From NCBI GenBank assembly GCA_964016885.1, contig OZ024742.1, positions 208,010,001 to 208,074,000 on the forward strand: 64,000 nt of DNA, in the 5' to 3' direction. The position numbers and the translations under genes were made by a program. The notes beneath the pieces were generated by a model. The model saw nothing but the letters and a program-made list of their open reading frames with translations. It was not told the DNA's origin and ran no database searches. Shown one piece after another: positions 25,140 to 40,575 of this stretch (position 1 is the stretch's first letter; each line of letters starts with the position of its first letter). This stretch comes from Eledone cirrhosa (lineage: Eukaryota).

Positions 25140-25507
25140 ATCGGATTCCCTGAAGAGGTCATTGGAGTTATGCTGCTCGATAGAATGCATAGCTCAGAGA
25201 TCAGGGAGTCGCTCTAGGTAGGGCGGCTACTTCTCCAAATTGAGAGATCACACCTCCAATGCTACGGACCTGTGGTTAGAATGTCGCAGGAAAGAATTTT
25301 ATTGATTTATTGATCAGATTTTACGAGCAAACCATCTGGCAGGTGACCCAGGACTAGACCCCGAGCAAGATAGTTGGTTAAAATACAAGAGATCGACTGG
25401 TCTTGCTTGGGGAACCAGCCGGATCAATTGGAGAATGTTACTTCTGACGGGATCTGCTGGAAGGCGCTTTTGAAGATTCTGCCCACTTTTTCCTCTCAAG
25501 AAGAAGA

Positions 25508-25551
<44 letters not shown>

Positions 25552-25552
25552 T
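25140..25552 (+). mobile_element. RTE-clade LINE 3' end with (AAT)n tail
   Basis: Decayed LLQIERSHLQCYGPVVRMSQER...PSGR*PRTRPRAR...CWKALL resembles the RTE C-terminus (ERSQLRWFGHVVRM..GRRPRGRPRTRW). It is followed by (AAT)n. Confidence 0.75.
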
Positions 25553-25749
25553 CTAGTGGATCTACAGAAGCATTGATTCGGTAATTATATACATTGGTTT
25601 TGTTTAAAATACGCTGGAAATATTTCCTCTTATCATTCAGCAGTGAATGAAATAGTTGCCAGCCAAATACGGAAATTGATATATATAAAATTGATATATA
25701 TAAAACATGTGTGAATTTCTGTCAACGTTGGAAATAAGTGTTAAGACTG

Positions 25750-25970
25750 ATTTCTAATTTAGACATAAGGGCAACAATTTGAGGGAGGGGGGAATGCCAG
25801 TTATATAGAATCTGGTACATGAGTAGTACTTTACTTTATCCAAATCTGAAAAGCAAAGTTGGCCTCGGCAGAATTTGAACTCAAAAAGGAAAACATCGTA
25901 AATAAATGTAAATAAATATAGGAACATATTTTCCGACGCCCTAACTATTCTGCTAATCCCCCTAACCACC
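25750..25970 (-). mobile_element. degenerate tRNA-derived SINE
   Basis: GCAAAGTTGGCCTCGGCAGAATTTGAACTCA and tail remnants. Confidence 0.65.
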
Positions 25971-26504
25971 AAAATTAATATTTACATGGTTTTAGAGGTT
26001 ATAACCTAAGTGTAAATTGTTCGTTGAATGAAAACGTATTCTTAAAGTTACTGAAATAATTCTTATATGCAAACAAATTCTTTAGAATATGTAAAACCCA
26101 TAGATTAGTGAAGGTAGTAAACCTGGAGGGACGGGAATATATATAAATATATAAGGACTTACGATAAGACAGATTAAAACAGAAAGATAGCTTTAGGAGA
26201 GACGTATCGCCGTTGCGAACTGGGGGGGGATTGGTAAGAGAAAGCACGTGAGACGACTGAAAAGGATGTGTGGCTCGAAGGTACTCTGGGAGACAGGGAG
26301 TAGGAAAGAAGGGGAAAAAAGACAAAAGGGCGCGAGAGAGAGGGCATGGGATGCTTGAGAAACGTGACAAAAGAAATACTCGCATGTGTAAACAATCTAC
26401 TGTGGGCCAAATTCTGCCAATGTTTTCGTTCAAAGAACCAGCAATATCAGCACATGTGTTTGTATGCATGCATTTGCATGTACATTATATATATATAATA
26501 TATT

Positions 26505-26575
<71 letters not shown>

Positions 26576-26579
26576 CGTT

Positions 26580-27580
26580 TTTGAATTTGTTTAGCAAGAT
26601 TCTTTATCTTACACGAGAGGACGCCGTCCGTGTAACTTATGCTCGGAGGAAACATTACAAATGCTGTTTTCGAAGGACCAACTCCTAAACAAGAAAGACG
26701 AACTGGTAACCGCATGCAAACACAGATTGCGTAGGACTTACCTCGCCCTCAAACCCCATAATGACCCGGATGGGTAGACAAGGGCCGATTCCCCCACCCA
26801 CACACACACACTTGCCGAATAAGTTAGGGGAACACCAGCTTACATAGTTAGATGTATCTCTTTCCTTTCCTCTTCGTCTTCTTCTTCTCCCTGTCTCATC
26901 CTATCGCTTCCTTCCACCCCCTATTTTCTTCCTCGTCTGCTTTTCCCCTTTCGCCAACCCCGATGCAACCCAACGGGCCTCTGTAGCATCAGTTCCCCCA
27001 CCCCTGTAATTTTAAGATAGAATTGGCGGAATACGTTTTACTAACTACTTATAACAGATGTGTTAAATCTCTTTAATTTTGTATCAGTTTTGTAATTTCT
27101 ACAAGTTTTTTCTATTCTCAAATTATTAACCTGTTGATAAGATAGCATTGTGATTTTTTTTATTTAAATTAATTTCTCAGTATCTAATTTTATATATTCT
27201 TTTATTTATTTCTAGTATCTTTTATTGCCTCCTACTCTCATTCGATTTACATATTCTATAACCTCCCTCTTCCACGTCATACACTATCCTTAGAATTTGC
27301 TGTATACATCTCACTTTCAACGCTTCACTGCTCCACTCACTCCTTATTGTTCTACAGGCAAGTTCAGCCACCCCTACCTCCCAACAAATGCCATGATAGA
27401 CTTATTTGTGTTTACAACAAATTTTAACCAATCCTCTTGACAACTACAATCTTCCCATATAAGGAAGTACCCCTTCTCAAGTTCGGCTATTTATTCACCA
27501 GGCTTAAAATTCTAATGAAGTCCAGAAATAGCCGTCGAAACGGCTTGAGCTATGCCGTCGGGGTCAACTTTTTCCTATAT
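26580..27580 (+). mobile_element. 5'-truncated PLE (EN C-terminus + long 3' region) between (TA)n tracts
   Basis: YTRGRRPCNLCSEETLQMLFSKDQLLNKKDELVTACKHR (26610-26735) matches the C.LC..E...LN...E....C.H terminus of the 13830 ORF. Confidence 0.7.
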
Positions 27581-27788
27581 ATATATATATATATATATAT
27601 AGATAGATAGATAGATATTTATTTAATAATGTATCATATAAAATAATACAAGCAACTATCCACAAAATACAGATTAGTTAGCACCCCAAACACTAACTTA
27701 GGAAAATACTTAGGTATATCCTAATGTTTGTTGAGAGAGATGGAGTAGATCAGAGTATAGCTTATGGCTTTCTCTGTTTTTGTATTGC

Positions 27789-27838
<50 letters not shown>

Positions 27839-27845
<7 letters not shown>

Positions 27846-29617
27846 ATACTTGGGGAGGGTCATATTTGTGTAATATTGCCAGAATTAGTAACAGAACACA
27901 CTCACTGTTTGGTTGGTTTTCGCTTCTTGCTGTCTTTTATATCGGTAATCTAACTTACTCGGTCCTCAATGTTGCCATTGACTGACCGACGGTCAAAAAT
28001 AATACAGATAAAATATAGACACAAACACATATATAGTTTATCATAAATCTTTCGTTGCACATCTGCTTGGACTTCCCTTCCAAACACCCTAACAATAGAC
28101 TACCTGTATTAGACACAGAACTCTGGATTAACACTATAGACGAGAGAGCCCAAATTCTCCACTCACACTATGCTAAAGCCATGGCCTCCAAATACCTGAT
28201 ACTAAAAAACTCAGCAATATCCAGTAGTGCTAAGTTCAACATTCTGATCGCAGATTTCGTACGAGTGATGAAGAATGTGTCCCGCATGTGCGACCCAACA
28301 GAAATGGAAAGACACATCCAACACTTCATCAACCGCATGCAGTTCTCTGGCTACAACCAAAGAGACAGAGTCAGAGTATACGAAGGAGCCATGGAAAAGT
28401 ATAAGACCCTCATAGAACTGGACATGAAAGGAATTTGCCCATTATACAGGAGCAAATCATGGAATAGCTTAGATAGGGCTAGACATAAGATAGGGAAAGC
28501 CACCTCATGGTACGACAACCAGAGATACCAGAGTGTCATGTTTGTGGACGCCACCCCTGGAGGGAAATTAGCTAACCATTGTAGAAAGACCCTGAGAAAG
28601 ACCCACTTAAAAATAAAGGTGGTAGAAAAGCCAGGAACCACCATAAAATCCCTGATCAGCAAAACCTACCCTTTTAAGAAAACCCACTGTACCAATAGGA
28701 AATGTATCATATGTAAGGTGAACCCCCGGATAAACTGTAAAACTAGAAACGTAGTCTATAGCATAAGATGTACAGAGGGTACTTGCAGAAACATGACAAC
28801 AACATACATAGGCGAGACAGCTCGTAGCATAGGTGAAAGAATAGACCAACACTGGGGGGAACTAAAAGGACGAAAAAACGGGTCAGTACTATACGAACAT
28901 GCTAGACAACAACATGACGGTAACATAGACAACATAGAAATTAGAATAATATCTAAACATAGAAATGACCCAGCAGATAGGCAAATCAGAGAGGCCAGTG
29001 AAATAGAAATTAGAAGACCAAAGCTAAACAGAAAGAATGAATGGAATAACAACAACACCCAAACAAACAACACTGACCTAAGAGAAGTATAAATAAGTAA
29101 ATAAAATAAGAAATAAATAAATAAATACATACACAAGCACAATAACAACAAGCACATAAACACACACTAGTCACCCATCACACAGCAAACATAACACTAT
29201 ACACACACGCAAACGCATGCGCAAAGAAGACAAAATAAAATAAACAAACAAGCAAATAAATAAATAAATATATAGACAGACTGAATAAAAATGGCGTAGA
29301 CATACAACACAACAGGAGGAAAATATAACACCACTGACGATGTTGCAGATGTGCAACGAAAGATTTATGATAAACTATATATATGTGTTTGTGTCTATAT
29401 TGTATCTGTATTATTTTTGACCGTCGGTCAGTCAATGGCAACATTGAGGACCGAGTAAGTTAGATTACCGATATAAAAGACAGCGAGAAGCGAAAACCAA
29501 CCAAACAGTGAGTGTGTTCTGTTATTAATTCTGGCAATATTACACAAATATGACCCTCCCCAAGTATAACAATATTTGTTTCGACACACGATTTCATATA
29601 AAAAACCTCGCAAAACT
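27839..29617 (+). mobile_element. young 5'-truncated PLE with ~228-bp inverted pLTR, inserted in (TA)n
   Basis: 27839-28066 is the reverse complement of 29345-29574 with about 4 differences; (TA)n on both sides. Confidence 0.92.
28067..29092 (+). pseudogene. uninterrupted PLE ORF 3' part: RT end/thumb + CCHH GIY-YIG endonuclease (no genuine start)
   Basis: DFPSKHPNNRLPVLDTELW, MQFSGY, VVEKPG, CIIC..NCKTRNVVYSIRC..YIGETARSIGERIDQH..LYEH..H, REASEI, LNRKNEW. Confidence 0.9.
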
Positions 29618-29735
29618 ATATATATATATATATATACAGGAACAATTACTTGTTCCTATTACCCACTCTACTACCCTAAGTATTGAGTACTTTGGTGCGT
29701 TATGGTCCACCTGGTTCCTTACCACATTTCATTCG

Positions 29736-29813
<78 letters not shown>

Positions 29814-29864
29814 ATGTATACATACATATATATTGAATGTAGAAATGTAGCACACGAGTTGATA

Positions 29865-30488
29865 TATATAAAAAAACAAATAGTAGAAAGGAAAAAGCTA
29901 TTTTCGGTAGACAATGTTGAAGTGATATTTTTGGTGAAATTTCAAAGCATTAATTCATTTACAATGGATTGACAGTATCGGTAGAGGGTCGGACGCTATG
30001 CTTTGCAGCAAAACGTTACGGCCTTTTATGATCTGAGTTCAAATCCCGCCGAGGCTAACTTTGCCTTTCATCCTTACGGGGTCGATAAAATAAAGTACCA
30101 GTAATACACTGGGATAATTGCTGGCCTTGTGCCAAAAGTAGAAACAGTTAATTTATTTGCAATACCGGTTTCAGCATTGAATGCATTTTCAATTGTAGAT
30201 ATGCAGATTATTGTTAAGTTGCATACTGAAAAATAATGAAAATAACCAAAAAAAAATAGAAAAAAAATACAGAGAGGGGAAGAAAAGTTAATTTTCACAT
30301 ACATTGTCCTTCAGAGAAGAATGTCATTTTGTCTGTCCATCCTCCTCTGCTAATGGTTTTTTGTGACTGGAGAGGGTAGAAGCAGGATGGGAGAGGAGAA
30401 GGAGAAGAAATAAATCAATGCTTTGGAATTTCACCAAAAATATCTCTTCAACATTGTTTACAGAACATATATTTTCCTTTCTACTATT

Positions 30489-30500
<12 letters not shown>
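29865..30500. repeat. ~95-bp diverged inverted repeats enclosing a SINE
   Basis: AAACAAATAGTAGAAAGGAAAA..ACAATGTTGAAG-GATATTTTTGGTGAAATT-CAAAGCATT (29873-29951) vs its reverse complement at 30417-30495. Confidence 0.85.
29965..30152 (+). mobile_element. tRNA-derived SINE, full-length
   Basis: A box, B box, central domain and tail as in the other copies. Confidence 0.9.
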
Positions 30501-30535
<35 letters not shown>

Positions 30536-30687
30536 TATATATGTGTGTGTGCGTGTGTGTGCATTTGTGTGTGTATATATGTATGTACATTTTTATGTAT
30601 GTATATATGTGTACATATTCATCTGTCTATATGTGTGTATATGTATGTTTATATGTATGTCTATATACATGTATTATTTCTCATTCT

Positions 30688-30726
30688 TTCTCCTGATGAA
30701 GGACTAGCGTCCGAAACGTTAAGACC
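30688..30726 (+). ncRNA. minimal PLE-type hammerhead motif (helix I weak)
   Basis: CUGAUGA-A-GGAC-UAGC-GUCC-GAAACGUU; loopless palindromic helix III AACGUU. Confidence 0.65.
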
Positions 30727-31274
30727 CTCTTCTTGGTATTCCAAGTGTTAACATTATATATTCCTTCCATATACTGTACCGATTGTGTTGTTATTTCTAT
30801 CTACCCTTTACACACATATATATCTACGTTTACGTGGACCTTTCAAATTCGTTGGATTTACCTGAACTTCCACTGGGAAATTTTTTCGTATCACTGAAAT
30901 TTTCTTTGCTTCTTCCATTTAAATATACCACGACTCTCTATCACTTTTCCTCTACTATAATCTTCTTACACCACCTACTTCTTCTCATCCGTCTATTTTT
31001 TCACTCCCACCCTAGTACTTTGAACATGCCCTATCTCAAAACTGTTCTATTTATTCCTTCTATCGGTTCCCTCGGTTACACATATTCAGGTACTGCAGCC
31101 TTTGTCTGTACCCCTTGCTCTATCGGTATGTCTTTCTTTCTTTATTTTTGTTTTTGTTGTTGTTTTGTTCTGTTCGTCCATCGTCCGCTGTGTTTCTTCG
31201 CGAATTGCTATCCATTTTAGCTATTAAAGCACTGGCGTTAATGCATACCATATATTATTAGTGATCTACAATAG

Positions 31275-31364
31275 AAAGCCGGTGAGTTGGAATTGTCCCT
31301 TGTGATTGTATGTATATATATATATATATATATACAAACACAAGGGACAATTCCAACTCACCGG

Positions 31365-31368
<4 letters not shown>
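31275..31368. repeat. perfect 30-bp inverted repeat around (TA)n
   Basis: AAAGCCGGTGAGTTGGAATTGTCCCTTGTG (31275-31304) / CACAAGGGACAATTCCAACTCACCGGCTTT (31339-31368). Confidence 0.95.
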
Positions 31369-32880
<1,512 letters not shown>

Positions 32881-33596
32881 TCTCTATAACCCGTTAAAAA
32901 ATATATATATATGTATTCGTATATATGGGGAAGAGCTCTTCTTTTATATATACATGTATGTGTATCTGTATGTGTATCTGTGTGTGTATGCGTACGTGAG
33001 GTTGAACATGTGAATGTGTGTTGATTTTGTGACGGTTGTATGTCTATCATTCTAGCAAGAACAAGCAGAAATCGGAGATAAGTTCTCAGGGAAAGACAAC
33101 AATATAGGAGAAGAAAAAAATCAAAACATCTTAAAACATAAAACTTCAAACGAGATCATTCGTAGGGACAATAAAAGGTCCAAAACGTTGTATGAATCTT
33201 ATAAAGTTAGGTGTTTGAGGGAATAGACGACCAGCTGACATTTACACAATAATTTCAATTCATTATAGCTTAGAGTACGAGACAGGTGGTCGGGCTAAAA
33301 AGCAATATAAACATATCACTACGACATAACATTTACGTATTACTATGGACCTACCCAATATATAAATATAATATATATACATAGAATCACATGTGTATAA
33401 ATACGTGTGAGTATGTGTGTGTGTGTGTGCGCGTGTGCGTGTGCGCGTGTGTGTGTGTGTGTGTGTGTGTTTGTGTGTGTGTGTGCGCGTGAGTGTGTGT
33501 GTGTGTGTACAACGATCATACACAATGAAATGTAATAAAATGACTAACCAGTCTTCGAATGAATATACTCTGCAACACAACCAAAACATGTTTATG

Positions 33597-33637
<41 letters not shown>

Positions 33638-33638
<1 letters not shown>

Positions 33639-35438
33639 ACCTCTCGGAGCCGTTCGAAATCGCGTGGTCCATCCGACAGGGGTGCCCTCTCTCCTCCCTT
33701 CTGTATGTAGTGACTCTAGAGCCACTGCTGCGGAAGTTGGAGTTGTTGCAGGGCATCCCGTTGGAACCGGGATTGCGGAAAGCGGTGTCAGCCTACGCCG
33801 ATGACGTAACAGTAATGGTGTCGACGGCCTCGGAAATCGGGGCGATCGGCACCTTACTGGAGGAGTACGAAAAGTTTACAGGGGCTAAGCTGAACCGGGA
33901 CAAGTCGATCGGTCTGCAACTCGGCACGTGGAGGGGCAGATCGATGCCCTCCGATGGCGTCGTCGGGCGCTGGACAGAGGGCCCGGTGAAATTGCTCGGG
34001 GTCTGGTTCGGACCAGACCTCCAGGTGGAGAAGAACTGGGGTGAGGTGACGAGCAGGGTGTTTGCACTGACCCAGAAGTGGGCCGAGTGCAAACTGTCCC
34101 TGAAAGGTCGGGCGGAGGTGGCGAACACTTATATAGCGTCCGTCATCTACTACCGCCTGAATGTAGTGCCTTGCCCAAGGGAAACGCTCGCCAAAATGGA
34201 GCGCGCACTCTTCCAATTCCTTTGGAAGAAGTGGGCTCCTATGGTGAGGAGATCCATCTGCTGTCAACACCCTTCGAAAGGAGGGCTGGGGATGCCGTGG
34301 CTAATGATACGTAAACACGCATTAAGGCTACGGCACCTTCAGGTATTCCTCTCCGGTCAACCGGTGTGGGCCCCGTTTGTGAGGCGAGCCTTTCCCAGAC
34401 TCGTCTCACTCACCGAGCTGCAATCCTGGGTCAAGCAAAGACCGAGAAAACTGGGCGCCTGGCACACCGAGTGTGCCCAGGCGCTCACGGCTCTCTGGCA
34501 GGCGGACCCGGCTGTCAGTGGAGAATCCACCTCGTCATTCTATAGAGGGCTGGTGGTTAGCAGGTGCGACGACGCCCTCGGAGAAGCCCTAGGCATGGAG
34601 GAAGACGAACTGGCCAACCTGTTCGGTAGGACATTCAGCCCGGGACCCATGGATAACTTCCAGAGGTCCCTGGCCTGGCAATGCTACAGAAGGGCTCTGC
34701 CCGTTCGAGAAAGGCTCTACAGACACGGGCGCCCGGGTAGGGACCCATCGAAAAAGGTCTGTCCCAGATTCGTGTGCGACGAGGAAACCGTTGCACACGC
34801 ATTGTTACACTGCTCGGGCATTGCCGATCTGTGGGGCTATGTCGAACAACTGCTGTCAAGGGTGGGACCGATCCGGTTTACCACCGAGTCTATTGTAACG
34901 ATCAAGCCGCCTCCCCTCTTCAAAAACGAAGGAGAGGCGGTGTTTCTGTGCGTAATAGCCATGGCGAAAGAGGTTGTATGATGGACGCGTCTGAAAGGAC
35001 TGAGGTCAGACACCTTTCTCTCTGGCCAACAACTGGTCCGTTTCTTCCGATATCATTTCGGAAGAAGGATCAGGATGGAGAGAGAGGTGCTGCACCCCAG
35101 CCGTTTCTATGAAAGATGGGTGTATGTGGCGAGAATGGCCCGTGTGAATGGGCCTTCACTCTACATCAGACTATAGGTGAGGAAGATGAAAGACCAAGGG
35201 AGCACCCCTTCTCTGTGCTCCTGAGGAGAAGGGTTGCACACTTTTTTCGGGGGTGTGTGCGAGCCCCAAGGCGCCTCCTCTCTATTGAGGACTTTGTTAT
35301 AAATTTTATTTTTTGTTATATTTTATTTTATTTTTATATATTGTTATTGCCTCCTCCTTATTGAGGACGCCTTGTTTTGTAAACTCCCCCCATTGTACTT
35401 GTCCCACTTTTGATGCCCTGGTGGCAAATAAAAGAAAC
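33638..35438 (+). mobile_element. 5'-truncated Tx1/L1-clade LINE (RT C-half + zf-RVT) flanked by (ATCT)n on both sides
   Basis: [50 protein letters not shown]; AATAAA near 35427; (ATCT)n at 33595-33637 and 35439-35542. Confidence 0.92.
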
Positions 35439-35439
35439 A

Positions 35440-35526
<87 letters not shown>

Positions 35527-35544
35527 TTATCTATCTATCTATTC

Positions 35545-38500
35545 ATCTCCCTATCTGCCCGACGCGTGGAACATCGCCGGTAAGCTTTTTTGTAAATTTC
35601 TATACAAAAAACTGAACAAATTGTTTGAAAAAACATATCATTTTGTAGATTAACCCCCGAGCTGAATTAACTGCTGGGTGGCAATCCCAATTTTTTGCCC
35701 CTTTAGGGACGAAAATTTAATTTAAAAATTGTTTTAAAAAATCAAATTTTGCTAACTATAAAACATGAGTAACTCGGAAAGAACGCTAGAGAACGTTGAC
35801 AGAGAGAAGAGAGGTAGAGAGGCAGATATTAACGTTACATCTGCTTCTGCTACTATGACGTTGCCATGGATACGACTGTCAACAAAGAGAAAAAAATATT
35901 ACCACTTGAAGATTTTAAAATTTCTACCGTCGAAGCGGAGAAAAATAACACCCAGGAAAACACAAGAATTAAACCTATTAATATACACACACATGAAAAA
36001 GACAACAACAGCAACGCCATAGATACATCTACACATAAAGTTTCACCATGTCAAGAAATTGCGATTTCCAATAGCGAGGCTAACAACGATAACAACAACA
36101 ACAACAGCAACACCACAAAAAAATGTCTTTCGCTGAAGCAGTGAACCAAAATCAAGATTTTATAAATCTTGACATCTCGAATGCAAGAGATATGCTCCAG
36201 CAAGGGAGAAAATTTGTAACTTTCGAAGACAAGGGTGGGTTTAGAATCAACTCACCCATCGAAATAAAAGAAGAGACAGTTCGAAGGACAGTGACCTTCA
36301 GGAGTGTCTCCAACACAACGAGAAAGTCAATATTTGTGAGTCAAGCAGACAGAGAAGCCACCTTGAAGGAGACTAGCAAATATTAAATTTCTCCAACGAG
36401 GAAAACAGTACGGAAAGACTTCCGTACTGTTTAAAAGCGAGGCACTCGCCCAAAAACATTCCGTGACACCAATAGTGTCAAAAGCATTCACCTTTTTCCC
36501 TACTTACATGGGAAAAAGACACAAAAAATAAAAATAAAAAATATACCACCAAACATTAACATCTGGTGGATCTTGGCTGGCTTTGTGGAGCCAGAGACTG
36601 ATGCCATTCTTTCAATACGAAAGTCTATTAGACAAAGGTGGGCGGGTACTGATTTTGGGGATCCTGATGCAAAAGAAGCCGGAAAAAGTCGTCATCGACG
36701 ACAACAACAAAATAAACATTTCGGTGGAGGGTCGTAAATTTCATTGCTTTCGCTGTGGTAGCACAACACACCTAAAGGCCTCCTACCCTTTACAAACACG
36801 ATCAACCAAAACAATACAAAAGAAAGCACTGTTACCAACACCAACACCAAAACAACCACCACCACAACAACAACAACTCACGAAACAAGCAAACACACCA
36901 AAACAAACAGCCACTCAACCAATAACAACAGAAAAAACACAGACATCACCCTTGAAGAACACAGCCCCACCCGATCCCACTCTATCAAACACTACCACAA
37001 ACACACACACCGAAACACCACCACCACACAACATACCCCTACCCACACTCCTGAAGATAATTATTCATCAACAGATGAGGCTGCTTCCCCTTCTTTAAGT
37101 GAAGAAGAAGGAAAGCCTCGGAAATCTAAAAAACAAAATAAGAGACACAACAAAATCCCCAAAACTCCAATCACCAACACCAACACACAACCACAGACAC
37201 AAACAACAACACAAACAACACCACAGTCAAACATCCCCCTACCAGCAAAACCAACAGCAACACAACCCCAAATACAAGCACCCACCATAAAAAGAAAACT
37301 CCCGGACGAACAACAAACTACAAAAACACAACAAAAACACAAACAACAATACGCATACATCAACACAAACAACAAGAGTTTGATGGAGGTCATCTCCCAA
37401 AACCCCAAGGTGGAGACGGAGGGCAAAACTTTCGTCAAAGCAGAATCGTCTCCACACCTTAAACTTATAAGGGTCTCTACGGAGACCTATAGTGACCTGA
37501 ACAATAAATTTTCGTAGCACGTGGGCAACCCCTGCCAGAAACCCATCAACCGCGTCCTGCTAAAATGTTTCCCCACCCCACCCAACACCCCATCCAACAC
37601 CGAAATGGAGATTAAACAACCCGATCTCCAGGAACGAGAAGGTAATTGCACCTTTTCGTCCTTTTTCTCCAACTCTTCTTCACCAACATGGCTAGTTTAT
37701 GAGTTGGAACCGTGAATGTGCGTGGCCTAGGGATACCCTGGAAACAGGGCCAACATTTAAACGAGCTTAGGTCACACGGTATGGATGTGATAGCCATCAC
37801 CGAGTCCAGGATCCACAACAGGCAGCAACTAACCCCAATCTTCGACGACTATGAGATCTATGCATCTCTCTGTCAGCCTGGAGGTGGAGGGGAAGTGGCT
37901 GTCATGTTTAGGAAGAACGTGGACGTCGAAGTACAGTAAGTACACTTGAACTCGGAGGGTAGACTGGTAGTCCTAGACGTGAACAATATTGGAGATGGAG
38001 CCTTCAGACTTATGCCCCGACCGCGCAATCTCAATCACGGCCAGACATCTTTAAGCGTCTAGAGTCTTTTCTGGGAACATCTCGCTCCTTACTTTTAGTG
38101 GGGGACTGGAATGGTATCCTAGATGCACGATGGGACTATGTGGGAGCATGTCCCAGTAGAGGGGGGTGCAACAGCCTCAAAACTTTAATCGGCCAATTCC
38201 AACTAGCCGATAGGTATCGACTGGATTTCCCGACTGCACCACAATGTGCGTTGGCAAACCGCAGTGGGACATGTAGATCGTATTTAGATAGGTTCTTCAT
38301 TAGAGAAAGGGTCAAAGAGATGTTAAGCTGCCCACGAATGCACTGGTTACCTACTCAGATCACAAATTAGTCGTCTGCTTAGTCAACCGTGATAGAATAC
38401 ATAGACAGGGATCCGGATACTGGAAGCTGAACGTGTCGTTGCCGGCACATAAAGCTTACAGTGAACGGATAAGTAGACTAGTCAAGCAACAGTTAACGGG

Positions 38501-40020
38501 AGCCATCGTCAGCAATAGATGGTGGTACTCTCTCAAGAAAGCAATTAGAGTAGAATCGATAGAGTTTAGCAGAGAGTTAGCTTTAGAGAAAAACAAAATA
38601 GAAAGAGAACTAGTAGCCAAGGAAGAGGAGGCACTTAGAAGTGGCAACGCGGCTAGAGTGTTAGCGTCGAGAACGGCACTAGACTAGTTCTTCAACGCGA
38701 AACATGAAGGCTGCGTGGTCAGAATCAAAACACGTGCTCTAGGAAACGAAGGAAAGAAAACTGTCAGCTGGGCCCCAGTGGCGGAGGCACAAAATAACAA
38801 CAAGTCCAGGATTCGGTCTTTGAAAGACCAAAACGGACGCGTGCTACTTGACCCCAAGCGAATGTGCGCAGCCTTTCAGTAGCACTTTGCGCGACAGTTT
38901 GAGCAGAACGACGGTGAGCCGAGCGGGACGATGGACTTTAGTTCATAACTCGACGGCTTGCTGCGTCTCTCGAACACAGATGCCGAGTTCTACGTAAGAC
39001 CGATCACGGAGATTGAGATACGGGACGCTGTGGGCCGCTGCAGGAAACTCAAGTCACCCGGTCTAGATGGCCTACCCTATGAGTTTTACATTGGCATGCC
39101 GGACTTGTTCTCTGGCGTCCTCGAGGCTGTCTACTATAATTGGCAGCAGAATGGGAGAATTCCCAGTTCTGCAGGCAAGTGCATAGTAACGCTGATCAGG
39201 AAAGACGAGAACAAGGAGGACATATTTAACAACTTCAGGCCCATTACTCTGCTCAACACAGAGTTAAAGATTTTGGCCGAGGTGCTAGTGATGAGGTTGG
39301 CGCTTGTCGTCGAGAACCTGGTAGGGAAAGCGCAAACGTGTGCAATCCCGACCAGGTCCATACACGACAACCTCCACCTCATGCAATACATCATAGAGAA
39401 GGTGGGTAGTAAACCCGGCTTCGGTGGGGCACTGATCAATTTGGGTCAGTCTAAGGCATTCGATAGGGTCGACCATCGATACTTGGAAGCGGTTCTCAAG
39501 GCGGCCGGTTTCAGTCCTGTTTTCAGAGGCTGGATCGAGGCGATGCACACCAGCTCGAGGGTCAAGGTGAACGGCTACCTATCGGAGCCGTTCGCAATCA
39601 CGCATTCCATTTGACAAGGATGCCTTCTCTCCTCCATTCTGTATGTATTGACTCTAGAGCCAATACTGCGGAAATTGGAGCTGTTGCAGGGCATCCATCT
39701 AGAACCGGGTCTGCGCAAAGCGGCGTCGGCTTATGCCGACGACGTGACGGTAATGGTGTCGATCACCTCGGAAATCGGGGTGATCGGCAACTTGCTGAAA
39801 GAATACGAAACGCTGACGGGAGCAAAACTAAACCCGAACAAGTCTGTCGGTTTTCAACTCGGTACGTGGAGAGTCAAACCGATGACGTCCGACTGCATCG
39901 TTGGACGCTGGACGGACGGGTCGGTGAGATTGCTCCGGGTCTGCTTCGGTCCAGACCTCCAGGTGGAGAAAAACTGGAACGAGGTAACGGCCAAGGTGTT
40001 TGCGCTCACCCAGAAGTGCA
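35545..40020 (+). mobile_element. decayed, 3'-truncated Tx1/L1-clade LINE: 5' UTR, ORF1 (Zn knuckle), ORF2 (APE + RT)
   Basis: ORF1 relic CFRCGSTTHLKA. ORF2 from ~37688: TVNVRGL, ITES, GDWN, YLDR, SDH, GYWKLN, KSPGLDGLP, FRPITLLN, KAFDRV, AYADDV. Many stops and frameshifts. Confidence 0.92.
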
Positions 40021-40462
40021 TTCAGATTTTTTGATTGCATGGTTTGGGTCTTTTCTGTCCTTGTTAAAATAAGGGATACAACTCATTTATTCTTTTCGTT
40101 TGTGTGTAAAAGCATTTTGTAAATCTGAGACAAGGGGCGTACCTCTACTTTCCTTTAGTGTTTATATTTTAGGTAGGTTTAATTTTATTTAATTGTATTT
40201 GTGCTTAGATTTCTGTGTTTTGGTGTTTGAAGGTTGCGATGTTTGATGTGACTTCGTTTTCTTTTTCCTTTTTGCTTTTTGAATGCTATCGTTGATTACA
40301 TTTAGAGGGTATTTTCTCTTGATGAGTATATTTTTCATCTTCTCTTGTCTGTGGTGCCGTGTTTGTTTGAAACTATTGTGCAGATTCGCTTAGTTAGGTT
40401 AAGTGGAATGTTGATGCATGTATGAGCGGGATGAGTAGATGTTAAAAAAAATGTTGTACCGC
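40021..40462 (-). mobile_element. PLE thumb-domain fragment abutting the broken end of the Tx1 element
   Basis: [25 protein letters not shown]...RKYPLNVINDSIQKA. Confidence 0.7.
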
Positions 40463-40489
40463 TCGCGCGCGTGTGCGTATGTGTGTATG

Positions 40490-40575
<86 letters not shown>

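Noticed and set aside
27510-27545. CTAATGA...GAAAC hammerhead-like motif at a PLE end
   Set aside because: The core is mutated and the helices are unconvincing.
35640-35720. Possible ribozyme (HDV-like) in the Tx1 5' UTR
   Set aside because: Short hairpins are present, but the nested double-pseudoknot pattern could not be assembled.
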